The position numbers and the translations under genes were made by a program. This document shows, one piece after another, positions 1 to 11,100 of a stretch of DNA of 64,000 nucleotides. The stretch is from Callorhinchus milii (taxonomy: Eukaryota). Position 1 is the first letter of the stretch. Every line of letters begins with the position of its first letter. The notes under the pieces were generated by a model. It saw only the letters and a list, made by a program, of their open reading frames with translations. It was not told the DNA's origin and did no database searches. Location of the stretch: contig NW_024704743.1 of NCBI RefSeq assembly GCF_018977255.1, forward strand, positions 42,224,001 through 42,288,000. Direction: 5' to 3'.

Positions 1-600
1 AAAAGCAGGGAAGTTATGGTAAACCTCTATAAAACCATGGTTAGACCACACTTAGAATACTGTGTGCAGTTCTGGTCTCCACATTATAGAAGGGATATGG
101 AGATACTGGAGAGGGCGCAAAGGAGATTGACGAGGGTGATCCCAGAACTGAGAGGTTATACCTATCAGGAAACGCTGAACATACTTGGACTCTTTTCTTT
201 TGAAAAGAGGAGGGTAAGGGGTGACCTGATAGAGGTCTTTAAAATTATGAAGGATTTTGATAGGGTAGACATAGGGAAGATGTTTCTACTTGTGGGGGAG
301 ACCAAAACTAGGGGCCATCAATGTAAAATAGTCCCAAATAGATCAAATATGGAAGCTAGAAGAAATTTCTTCACACAAAGAGTATTGGGAATGTGGAACA
401 AGCTACCACAAGAAGTTGTTGAGGCAAATAGCATAAGTATATTTAAAGGAAAACTAGATAGGTACATGAGGGAGAAAGGAATAGAAGGTTATGCTTGAAG
501 GCTTAGTTGAGGAAGGGCAGGAGGAGGCTCATGTGGAGCATAAACACCGGCATAGACCAATTGGGCCGAATGGCCTGTTTCTGTGCTGTATATTCTAATG
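1..600 (+). mobile_element. CR1-clade LINE 3' fragment (ORF2 C-terminus + 3' UTR), 5' end outside window
   Basis: ORF 16-498 has LYKTMVRPHLEYCVQFWSPHY, EKRRVRGDLIEVFKI and FFTQRV..WNKLP..VVEA..FKGKLD, the typical CR1 ORF2 C-terminus; followed by a GGGCCGAATGGCCTGTTTCTGTGCTGTA 3' UTR. Confidence 0.95.
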
Positions 601-1340
601 TAAAGCCATCTCACTGTCTACATGTCCTATATTCTGTGAATTGCATCACAAGAACTTGCATGCATAAGTATCATATGAAATATTTGTCAAATTATTTTCT
701 GCATAGGAAATGACATTACACATGGAAGATTATTGCAAAGATTTTAGGATAATTAAGAGCAAAGAATAAATAGTGCCATTTATACCATTATATATCTATA
801 TAGTTGTCACTTACAGGTTGTGTACATGTTCAACAAATACACAGAGGTATAAAAATGCCCCCAAAGGACCGCAAATATTTCAAGAATGAAAGTAATGATA
901 GACTTACGCACTCAACACAAACAACACAAATAATCTACACATCAATAACTGCAGCAGTTCCTTTAAGCATTTTTGATTTTCATCTGGGGCAACAGAGACG
1001 TGATCTTTTTGGCTCTCTACCTTTCCAACACACAGTCAAAAAGTTATATCCAAGTGTTTATGAAGTGTTAAGTCTGTGAACCATGATGGAGAGGTCAAAT
1101 GTCAGATATGATAGCCATGAGCAGGGTAGTCAGTTGAGGTATCCCATTGTTCAGCTTCAGCTTGGAGCTAACATTTAAGAAACTGGAAAGTAGTTGTTTC
1201 TGCAGAGAATCAAAAATACATCATACCCCCCAACATAGCTGCAGATATACACCAGAGCCTCCAGTCTACTGGGTGGAGCTCTCAACCTGCGGCTTGTTCA
1301 TTCTCTGCATCTTAGTTGAAAGGCTGACCATTTAGAATGG

Positions 1341-1781
1341 TCGCCCACAAAATATAGAGTTAATTCACTTTACAGTATATTCTGTGAAGTGCTTTGAGAC
1401 ATCTCAGGACGTGGAGTCCTGTGGCTCGGTGGTTAGAGCACTCGCTTTGCAACTGAGAGACCTGAGTTCATTTCCAGGCAGAGGGCGAAACCTTGGGCAA
1501 GTTTCCTTACTCCACACGCCTAACAATAATCCCTCCAAAAAACTAAAAACAATAATAAAATTGGTCATTTTCAATCTACGACTGTTTGTGGGACATTGCT
1601 GTGCGCAATTGGCTGCCGCGTTTGCCCACATATATGCAGTCAATTCACTTTATAGTGTATTCTGTGAAGCGCTTTGGGACGTCCTCCCGACGTGAAAAGC
1701 GCTATATCAAATGCAAGGATTATTATTATTATTATTATCTCGAAGATGGGATAAGATGCTATATCAATTGCAAGGATTATT
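1341..1781 (+). mobile_element. Older Deu-SINE 3' remnant split by a younger SINE insertion
   Basis: Tail sequence ...CTGTGAAGTGCTTTGAGACATCTC precedes 1413 and CTCGAAGATGGGATAAGATGCTATATCAATTGCAAGGATTATT follows 1738. Confidence 0.8.
1413..1738 (+). mobile_element. Full-length young tRNA-derived SINE (short subfamily; Deu-type core, L2-type tail)
   Basis: tRNA-like head with Pol III A box (TGGCTCGGTGG) and B box (GAGTTCATTTCC); core TGTGGGACATTGCTGTGCGCAATTGGCTGCCGCG; stem-loop tail then (TTA)n; near-identical copies at 26105, 47131 and 62431. Confidence 0.93.
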
Positions 1782-2587
1782 TTTTATCTGAAAGTAGCAA
1801 TTGCTGAAATTAAAGAATTATTAATTTAAAGGAATGGATTCCTATTTCTACCTGCTGTCTAATCTGTTATGATATTTTGTGGACTCTAACCTGTAACATG
1901 TTAATCCCAAACTAATGAGTCATATATAAGAATTAATGTTAAAAATTTCAGAAAATATAGTATTTGGGTAGTATAACACTACTATGAACCTCATCTGTTA
2001 TTGCGGAAAAAATAAGGATTTGACTGTAATACAGTAAAAGTATTTGTTCTACAAAAGAAAGTCCCACAGAGTTTGGTGAAATATGCCTTACACCCGCCGG
2101 CCCCCCATTCTATTCAATTTGAATGAATTGGTTGATGGAGAATTACATAGAATTGAGACCCTTCAGACCCTGTATATCAAATGCTGGGGCTTTAGGAGTT
2201 CGGATTTCTCAGGTTGGATATACTCCTAGGGGGGCATTTGTGTTTTGGTTTTTGGTCTCTGTATTTCAAGGATGTTTCAGGGATGAACACAGAATCTGAA
2301 GTCTAGATCTAATTGTGTCTTTTGCATTCATCTGCCAGAGGGTTGAGGACCACTGGAAAGGCCAGTAATACTCCCTGTCACATCACGCGCTACCTGTTAC
2401 CTTTATACATGAAACTGATGTGATTTTGATGTTCTAGGATGACAAACTGGACAATAAGTCTGTTTTTTTGATAGAAAATGACCTTAAATGTCATCCTCTG
2501 GTGGTTTAGGGAATCTTACCTGCCATAGAGTGAAAGTACCTGTATGCAGTAGAACCAGTTAATTAGTGGAAGGGATATTAATAACTC

Positions 2588-2670
2588 CAGAGGCATCTGG
2601 ACCAATTAAGTGGACAGGCAAAACGAGCAGCAGATGGATTTTAATATGGATAAATGTTGGGTAATGCACA
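2588..2670 (+). mobile_element. Degenerate CR1 RT fragment
   Basis: Translates (with a frameshift) to QRHLDQLSG.A..QQMDFNMDKCWVMH, like CR1 LQxDLxxLxxWAxxWQMxFNxxKCxVMH. Confidence 0.65.
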
Positions 2671-3304
2671 AATGAGCAGAAAAACATGAAACATATCCGC
2701 ATGGGTGTCCATTATCTCAGATGAAAAAAAGGGAAATTAGTTGTAATTTGAGTGCCTGAATCATATTGAGCGTTTATCAACAAGACTAATAAAGTATATA
2801 TCCAGGATATCCGATAATCGATTAAGCTTTTTATTTTACTTTTTATGACTGATTTAGAAGCCTAGATTTAGAATCCTGAAATCTAATTCATGGTATTTCT
2901 AAATGGGATTTTATAATGGATTTTATAATAAGCCATACAAGGCAAACAAGTAGTAATTCCTTTCTACACTTGGAAGTCACCACCAACAGTCCTTCCTGGG
3001 GAATTCTGCTCCTACAGGAAGTCCAGAACAGACTTCCCTTGGGTCAAAGAGAATTCTAATGAGAATCCTTATTAAGACATCCATTAAGAAAACCCAGAAA
3101 TTGGAACCCAAACTTATACACAATTTCAGGCTTCCTACTTTCAATATGATAGTACTTGTTGGAGCAAAGTTCAAAGAAAAATATAAAAATTAATTCTCGA
3201 ACTTAGTGACTTAGATGTGCTTACAGTCTGAACATGTTTTTCTCCCAGAAAGAATGTCAGAGGTTAAGAGCAAGGTCTTTAAAATACTGAGAGAATGGAA
3301 CTTG

Positions 3305-3590
3305 TAATAATAATAATAATAATCCTTATCGTTGAGACGTCTCAAAGCACTGCACAGAATACATCGACTGTATATTTTGTGGGTGAAAAGTAGCAGTTAA
3401 TTGCACACAGCTGTGACACACAAACAGTCATGGATTGAGTTACCAAAATTTGTTTTTTGGAGGGATTATTACTCGTCAATCAACTAACAACTGAGATATT
3501 ACTTACTGCTAGGTAAACAGAAGCGTATGGAGTAAGGAAGCATCACTAAGGTTTTACCCTGCAGGGGAATTGAACTAGGTCCTCTCGCTC
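3305..3590 (-). mobile_element. Decayed tRNA/Deu SINE (long subfamily)
   Basis: (TAA)n tail, Deu-like core and partial tRNA head on the minus strand. Confidence 0.75.
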
Positions 3591-3594
3591 CACA

Positions 3595-3830
3595 TTGGGA
3601 CTTGAAGTCCTTCAGATAACATGTTAAACCAAAGCCCTGTCTATCTATTCAGGTGGACATTAAAGATGGCTGGGCACAATTCAAAAGGAGAAGGGAGTTT
3701 CTCCTGATGTCCTGGCTAACAACCCCTCAGATAAAACTGATCATTCACTTCATGACTCTTTGTGAGACGTAGCTGTGTGCAAATTGGCTGTCGCATTCAC
3801 CTGCAAATACACAGACACTACACTATTTTA
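3595..3830 (+). mobile_element. Old SacSINE1-like Deu-SINE fragment
   Basis: GTTAAACCAAAGCCCTGTC..CAGGTGGACATTAAAGAT..GGGAGTTTCTCCTGATGTCCTGGC..GCTGTGTGCAAATTGGCTG matches the copy at 60857-61300. Confidence 0.7.
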
Positions 3831-5229
3831 AGTTTTAAAATAATAATCATAATTACTGTATCCAGTGAAGAACAGAATAGATGGTATACAGCAAAGGATC
3901 AAAGTACTTAATGTGATAAAACAGCCCCTCTGTCATTGGGATGCTTGCTGTGTTATCTTGAAAACGGTCAGAATAGATTGAGTTGAACAGTTGGAGTAAT
4001 ATCCTGCAATTTTATGTGATTACCTTTGTTAGTTAGGAAGAAATTTTACGAAGCTTTATCTTCACAGAGGTCTGACCTGTGCTTGGATGCTTCTCTCAGC
4101 AGATGGAGTATATTTGCTGACACTCACGATAAGTCAGATTGTACCTGCTCCTAGGAGCAGAATGACCAATTGCCAATTGGGAAGGAATGGTTAATTCCCT
4201 TAGCTACATCTTTACACTCTCATCACAAAGTTGAAACAAGACATAATCAATGGCAAAGATGAAGTAATAATTAGCAATTGCCATTGACAGCAGAAGGCAG
4301 AACAGCTAGAAAGCAATAGTTGATCAGTCAAGAGACAAAAATACATGAAATCAATGGTTTTCCTCTATTCTCACTCACAATTCCTCCCCAGGTCACACAC
4401 CTTTCTTAGCTAAAAGAACATTCACTTTGCTCATTCCCAAGTAATTACAATAATACCTTTAAGTTATCAAAGAAAATGCATGAGAAATGTCTGGCAGAGA
4501 TTCTCTTCGCTTGATTTTCTTCCTTTTCCCCCAGGGAGATGCCTTGTGTTCACATGGCATATCTCCACTTCACATGGTTAAGATCAGAAACTCAGCAGAG
4601 TCTGGGCTCCAACCGGCATCTCTTTACAGTGAATTGGTACTGTGCCACATGGAAACAATTGTTTCTTTCCGCATCCTGTGAAACTGGTTACCAAAATTAA
4701 AGCCATGTTAGGTTTTGCATTCAGCAGAAATGATTTGTTGGTTAGAAATGGGTGAAAATTGGGGGTGAATTTCAGCTGGTAAAGTTACTACAATAATACA
4801 TATAATGAAGAAATACTATTGTAAACACAATAATTTTACAGACCAACAGAATCTCACCTTACTGGACTAAAAACAGACTGTAAGGATACATTTATTTTCT
4901 AAAATTGGGGTTCAAAATGTGATATTTGCATTGAAGCCGTTGAATCATTAACTGCGAGATTTGTAAAATGGCAAACTTGTAACGTGTACCAACACTTGTA
5001 ACGAGTAACAAAATGCGTTCATTTTGGTATATTTCTTCAGATTTTGCTGGCTTGGGATTCACAATTTGATATTTTGTAAAATTGAAATAAATCCCGCCCA
5101 TTATTCACAAACTAAAATCACAATTTGCAACGCCATTTCCAATTTGTGGATATCGTATTTTCAATCACAGTATAGCGAAACAAGAAAGAAAAAAGCAGAA
5201 ATGCACAAGTTTAGAAAATGTGTTTTGGC

Positions 5230-5692
5230 AGATCGGGCTTTGGGTTAATGTCTCATCTGAGAGCCAGCACTGCATTGGAGTATCAGCATGTACTGAATGG
5301 ATTCCAAATCCCAATGTGAGGCTTGAACCCACAACCTTATAAGAATAATAATCCTTGAATTTGATATAGCACCTTATCACGTCTTCAAGACGTCTCAAAG
5401 CGCTTTACAAAATATACTGTGGTGGATTGAATGACCTAATTATTGTTTTTTAAGGGATTATTACCTGCGGAAAAGCGATCCGCCAATCGACTAACTACCA
5501 GGTTCCTACTTAATGCTAGTTAAGCAGAGGTGTGTGGAGTAAGAACATTTGCCCACTGCCGGGAATCTAATCCAGGTCCACTCGCTTGCGAGGCAGTGCT
5601 CTAACCAATGAGCTACAGGACACCACGACTCTGACTCAATCGCAACAACCTTCTGAATCAGAGGCAAGGTTGCTGCTGACTGAGCCAGCTGA
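5230..5692 (-). mobile_element. Old SacSINE1-like SINE head interrupted by a long-subfamily SINE (5343-5624)
   Basis: Host head GAACCCACAACCTT...TTCTGAATCAGAGG flanks an inserted SINE with (TAA)n tail and tRNA head ending GAGCTACAGGACACC. Confidence 0.75.
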
Positions 5693-5929
5693 CCCACAAT
5701 AAAATTGTTATTGAATAAGTTCATCAAATAATGGGATGTACCCCAAGAGAATTTGAATACAGGTCACACGCCATTATCCTAACTATTTAATTCATTGGCA
5801 AGGTTATATGTACACCTGTGTGTAGTATAATTGTCACTCAAACTTCAATAGTAACTGATGTATTGAACGTGGCTTCAGAGAGAAATTAAAATAAAGATTT
5901 CAGCAATTAAATCTCTAAGTTATTAGAAC

Positions 5930-6370
5930 AGAGTTACAGAAATGAACTTTTTTGTCAGAGAAAAGAAGATTGAGGAGGATAATCATTCAGGGGTCTTTAA
6001 GGCATGGATAATATCAGAGCAAGCAAGATATTTCAATTGAACTGTAAGCGAGGGGATATGAGAAGAAATTAGCATGCCTTGAAATTAAATATTGAAGAAT
6101 ATTTTCTCCACAAATTAGGACATGTGTGAAATAGGCTTCATCAGGAGCAATGTTGTGGGTGTATTGCCCACAAAATACATAGTCAATTCACATTACAGTA
6201 TATTCTGTGAAGTGCTTTGAGACATCTCAAAGATGTGATAAGGCGCTATACCAAATGACGGGATTATTATTAATTAATGCTATGTTGATAAGCTCCTTTG
6301 AAAAAAAAGTAGGAGAAATATCCAAGGGGATTGAAAGTTAGTTGGATAACTAGAGAGAGATAATCAAATA
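5930..6370 (+). mobile_element. Highly decayed CR1 3' fragment containing a SINE tail (about 6165-6272)
   Basis: GAGAAAAGAAGATTGAGGAGGAT (EKRRLRxD) and weak downstream CR1 similarity; clear SINE tail inside. Confidence 0.5.
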
Positions 6371-6454
6371 CTCTGCAGCACAACGATTTCTGTACCACTG
6401 AGATATGGAGATGTTACTTACAGAATGCAACTAGTTACAGCTGAATAATGTGCA

Positions 6455-7140
6455 AAAACAACACAATTAAATTTGTATAGCATGTTTCACATTGGAAGGA
6501 GGTCCCAAGGTGCTGGACAGTAGTGTTTTGGACCCGAGCTGAGGGTCGAGATTGGGGAGGGTAGAGGACATGGGGGAAGCACGGTGATTGAAAGCACAGT
6601 CGAAGAGGAGTGTCTTGAGATGGGTCTTCAAGGAGGCAAGGGAGGGGGCGAAGCAGTGTGACTGTGGGATTGAGTTCCAGAGGGTGGGAGCAAAGTGGCA
6701 GAAGGCCCGCCCGCCAAAGATGGGGCGGGCGAGGCGGGAGACATGAAGCAGGCCGGAGCCCGCTGAGCAGAGGAAGTGGGAAGGATGGTAAGGGTTAGGA
6801 GGTCGCAGAGGTAGAGGGGCACAAAGCCATGGAGGGCTTTGAAGGTGAGGACCTATCTTGAACTGTATCTTCTTTGTGTAGGAAGCTGGGGAGTCAGGCA
6901 AGGATGAGGGTGATAGGGTCACGGAGCCTGGTGCGGGAGAGGTCACGGGTTGCAGAGTTCTGGATGATCTGCAGCCTATGGAGGGAGGAGTTGGGGAGGA
7001 CAAGCAAGGAGCTTGCATAGTCAAGCCTGGATGGTAGGAATGCTTGTATGAGGGTTTCGGTGGCCTGCGGTGTGAGACAATGGCGGAGCCGGGCAATGTT
7101 GCGGAGGTGGGGGTAGGCAGAGCAGGTCATGGCAATGTAG
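6455..7140 (-). mobile_element. L2-clade LINE 3' fragment
   Basis: Minus frames give HLRNIARLRHCLTPQATETLIQAFLPSRLDY..LQIIQNSATR and GGRAFCHFAPTLWNSIP..LKTHLKTLLF; stem-loop tail with (TTG)n. Confidence 0.92.
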
Positions 7141-8634
7141 GTGTAATGCTAGACTGATATCCTACAGTTTGAACAAGGTTATTTAAGTGGTGAGAAAAAA
7201 GCTTCAAATAATTTGATCGTATTGGAAGTTTCACTCATGATTATTCAGCTTGCTCAGGAAAATTATGAATTTGGTGAGATTCCATGACATTGCGAACAGA
7301 TAAGGCATGGTGCTGCTCCCAGTCTCACCCCAACATATTATTTTGCCTTAAAATAGCATTGAATTGCAGAAAAATAATTTAATTAAATATTAATTTCAAA
7401 GCCAGTTTCTTTTTGTGAACAGTGGTAAGCAGATTTCCAAATTAAGGCAACAACAAAGAATTGTACTGAGCAATGTTAAATTTTTTAAGCCAAAATGTGC
7501 CACAAAAACGCTTTACAGATTAAATCTAGATGGAATTTTTAGTCTAGTGAAAGGATCAGGCTTTATCGTTCTGTCAACCATTTATTATTCTATCTTAGCC
7601 TCTTAAAGCTTGTTGTAGTACCAGATGATTAGGACATATCAATCATGTTAACAAACTGACTGAATGACAAACAAATGCAGTGTTACTGGTATCTTGGAAA
7701 AATGCTCCATGACATTAACCACTTTTGCACCAAGGAATGTGTCACACCTTTTGTGACACACAGGCTCACAAGAGCAGAACTCTGACCCAAACTGACCTCG
7801 GAGTCTGGATCTCACTTGATAGTATGTACAGGGGATTCTTTGCTGAAAAGCTTGTTGATGTCAGGAGACATTTTTTTCTGGTGCGAACCATAAGGACTGT
7901 GCTGATGTTGCTGTTCCATCACTTTTCAAACCCAATCTTTTTAGTTTGGAGCAGTCTAATACTTCCAAAAAAGGCTTTGTTCTTCAGTATGATTTGCTGC
8001 TCACTGGATTTGGTTGTGTTGTGCAGTAACAACAACAGCAGCAACAATGTGCATTTATATTGCATCCCTCATGCAGGGTAGCGTCCCAGAGCACTTGGTA
8101 GCATTGCAGAGCTCAACAGGGTGTACTTCAAGCATCAACGCACTTAAGAAATGCTGATCCTGTGAAAAATCATTCAGAACAATCCTAGACATTTTCATTA
8201 GAACTCCCCTCTGCAGTTCCTCACATTGTTTGCTTCAGTTTTACACTGAAATAATTAAATGAGGAATCAATGTACAGTAGACATATTGAGAATTCCATAC
8301 TGTACCTGTATCACCGCAATGAAACATTCAATTAAATCCCACAGTGTCCTCGGTTCTAAGTGGGTCAAAGGCTATCGTTCGGAATTATTTGCTGTCAGGT
8401 TTTATAACGGTTGACAACACAGCGACATGTGACAGAGATCATCTGCTACATATTAGAATGGTATAGAAAACATTTGAAGAAAGAAACAGGCAGAAAATAT
8501 TGAAGTAATATGTTTCACAACTGGGTGCAATTTGGTTTGGTTTCAATTTAGAAAATTCTTAACTTTTATTTCCGATTTGAATTTTTCTGCTGTGTTTTAG
8601 TTCATAAATCTATGACAATTGGCAATGTGTGTAA

Positions 8635-8847
8635 AAGGAGTTTCTCTTGGTGTTCTGGCCAACAATCCCCCCAAAGTGGTCATTTACTTCATGGCTATTT
8701 GTAGGACATTGCTGGATGCAAATTGGCTGTTGTGTTTGCCTACAAATAAACAGTCACTACATTTCACAGTAAAATCCTGTGAAGCACTTTCAGAAATCTC
8801 AACACCATAATAAGGCACGATATCAAATGCAAAGATTATTATTATTT
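8635..8847 (+). mobile_element. Deu-SINE 3' half
   Basis: GGAGTTTCTCTTGGTGTTCTGGCC..GCAAATTGGCTG..TATCAAATGCAAAGATTATTATT. Confidence 0.75.
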
Positions 8848-9221
8848 CTAAATGTGCATATGTATTTTTGTAGAGGAAAGCAAAGCATTGGACTTTCACA
8901 AGCTTATTCTAATTTGTCTGTAATGGTAATTTGTTAGCCCAGGTTCAGTAATATTTAATAGTATTTACTGATTCTTCTGCAGATTGTAAAACACTGTGAG
9001 AGAAGCTTTCTCCATCTTTGGGGATATGCAAGTGATAAAACGTTGGCAGGATGGTCTCTCTCTATGCAGAGGTGCATTTGCTGTCAGCTCATTACTGAGT
9101 TCCATGATGATGGCTAAAGGTGAGCTGATTGCTCAGCCTAACAGTGCTGTCTTTGCTGAAGGAGGAAGGAGCACTGAATAGGTGAAACAAGAGAATAATA
9201 GGAGAGAGGTGGGAATAAACA

Positions 9222-9517
9222 TAATAATAATAATCATTGCATTTGATATGGCGCTTTTCACATCTCTTATATGTCTCAAAGCGCTTCACAGAATATGCTG
9301 AAAAGTGAATTGACTGTATATTTGTGGGCGAAATGTGGCAGCCAATTGCGCACAGCAGTGTCCCACAAACAGTTGTGGATTGAAAATGATCAATTTATTA
9401 CTGTTTTGTTTTTTGAAGGGGTTATTATTAGGTGTGTAGAGTAAGGAAACTTGCCCAAGGTTTCGTCCTGCCTGGAATTGAACCAAGGCGAGCGCTCTAA
9501 CCACTGAGCTACAGGAC
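9222..9517 (-). mobile_element. tRNA/Deu SINE (short subfamily) with an internal deletion in the head
   Basis: Aligns to 1413-1738 in reverse; anticodon-arm region missing. Confidence 0.9.
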
Positions 9518-9619
9518 ATGGAGGAACATGGATCCTAAAACACCCTTCACCAATGGGTCATTTGATAAAAACATTACTAAGTGTGAAACTGACCCCCACA
9601 AACCAGAAATGTTTGTGGC

Positions 9620-9915
9620 GAATTAGTTGATTTTATCTGGGGAAGAGACATTCAGTCTTAGTGCCCCAAGCTAGGAAGATTAAAAAAACAGCCAAGGTTC
9701 CTGTTGCTGATCACTATAAAGCGCTCCTGCTTGAAAATGTGTAAATGTTATTGAAGCCCCCCACCATGATTGAACAAGCTGTTGAAATTCTCTACCCAGG
9801 GAAACCGAGGCAAAGAATGATCATTTGGGTGAAGTACCGGAGAGAACTAAGCTTTTGTGGAACCTTTAGCGGCATGAGTCAAATCATTTAGAAGAGGAGG
9901 GGAGAAACATTGGAG
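9620..9915 (+). repeat. Unnamed old interspersed repeat (SINE-like); related copies at 27590-27965(-), 11640-11730(+), 38645-38755(-) and 4510-4640(-)
   Basis: Shared motifs CAGCCAAGG, GAATG(A/G)TCA(T/C)TTG.G.GAAGTACC.GA, GTGGAAC and a terminal AGAGGAGGGGAGAAA between the copies. Confidence 0.6.
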
Positions 9916-10372
9916 ATAGGGAAATTGCTGCAGAAGTATGAATGAATCAAAACTTGTTTTTACCTATAGGACCATCTTATATTGTATCTTTATTGATTTT
10001 GCTTACAGCTCAATATTGTTTTGCTAGCAATCCATTGTCACCGTCATCCCTTCTGTTTTCTATGCCTGTCTGTTGTTTAAGTATATTGAGTTGTGCTTTA
10101 AATACATTTTTTATGTATTTAGTGTTTTTGATACTTGTGGTGCCATCAAGTCTGACTCTCGCATCGATTGCAATAATTTGGTGGGGTAACTTATTATTCC
10201 AATATGCAATCGAAGGATTGGAAGTATACTTATCGCCTATTGGGCAACTGAGGATAGGATCTGATTGAACCATAAAAAAGGCACCAATTACATCAAATAA
10301 TGGATGAAATACAATTACCATTGGGTGCCCTAATTCCCCTAATTCGTGGAGGGGCTCAATGCCCATTAAAGA

Positions 10373-10423
10373 ATGAGCGTCACGTGCTTATGGTCGCTAT
10401 TTTTCTACCTGATGATAATAAAG
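10373..10423 (+). CDS. Candidate first coding exon encoding a signal-peptide-like N-terminus (MSVTCLWSLFFYLMIIK), phase-0 donor; gene unidentified
   Basis: ATG at 10373 with A at -3; 17 mostly hydrophobic codons ending at consensus donor AAG|GTAAGT (GT at 10424); repeat-free ~450-bp context with a plausible upstream acceptor TTTTGCTTACAG ending 10008; no downstream exon recognised. Confidence 0.35.
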
Positions 10424-10577
10424 GTAAGTGCTCTGGTTATTAATTAGTAGACAGGGGTTGGTCCTTTGTGCATTTTTCCATTAACTTAATTACAAGTTTC
10501 TGCAAGTTTATGTGGTTTAAGTGTGATTTTTGTTTGTTATCTCATAGTGTTGTTTGTTGATAAGTATTGTGTCGTTT

Positions 10578-11100
10578 AACAACAAGAACCGCAACAAAAT
10601 TATATTTTGTATAGCGCCTTTCACATCAGGAGGAAGTACCAAGGCACAGGCAGTCAGTGTTTTGGACCTGAGCTGGGAGTCAGGATTGGGGAGTGTGGAG
10701 GGCAGGGGCGGAAGCAGGATGATCAAAAGCACGGTCGAAGAGGAGGGTGTTGAGATGGGTCTTAAAGGAGGCAAGGGAGGGGGGCGATGCAGAGGGACTG
10801 CTGGATGGAGTTCCAGATGGTGGGGACAGAGTGGCAGAAGGCCCACCTACCAATGAAGCAGCCAGATCCCGCTGAGTGGAGGGAATGGGCAGGATGGTAG
10901 GGGTTTAGGAGGTCATAGAGGTAGGGGGCAGCAAGGCCATGGAGGGCTTTGAATGTGAGGACCAGGATCTTGAACTGTATCCTCTGAGTGATGGGAAGCC
11001 AGTGGAATCAGGCGAGGATTGGGTGATAGGGTCACGGGGCCTGGTGCGGGAGAGGACACAGGCTGCAGAGTTCTGGATATTCTGCAGCCTATGGAGGGTA
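10578..11100 (-). mobile_element. L2 LINE 3' fragment
   Basis: LHRLQNIQNSAACVLSRTRPRDPIT then the L2 3' UTR and tail; same family as 6455-7140 and 63165-63900. Confidence 0.9.

Noticed and set aside
940..1200. Possible ancient LINE RT traces on the minus strand (NNGIPQ; KHLDITF); similar LLYKSL..P trace at 62100-62245
   Set aside because: Motifs are too short and degenerate to call without a profile search.
1413..1490. tRNA-Ala(TGC)-like cloverleaf (also at 26360-26434, 47370-47445 and 62675-62748)
   Set aside because: It is the head of a multi-copy SINE, continuous with the Deu core and tail, with an imperfect T-arm; not a tRNA gene.
9942..10366. Overlapping 108-aa (+) and 118-aa (-) ORFs
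   Set aside because: No recognisable homology; the short donor-terminated reading at 10373-10423 is better supported.
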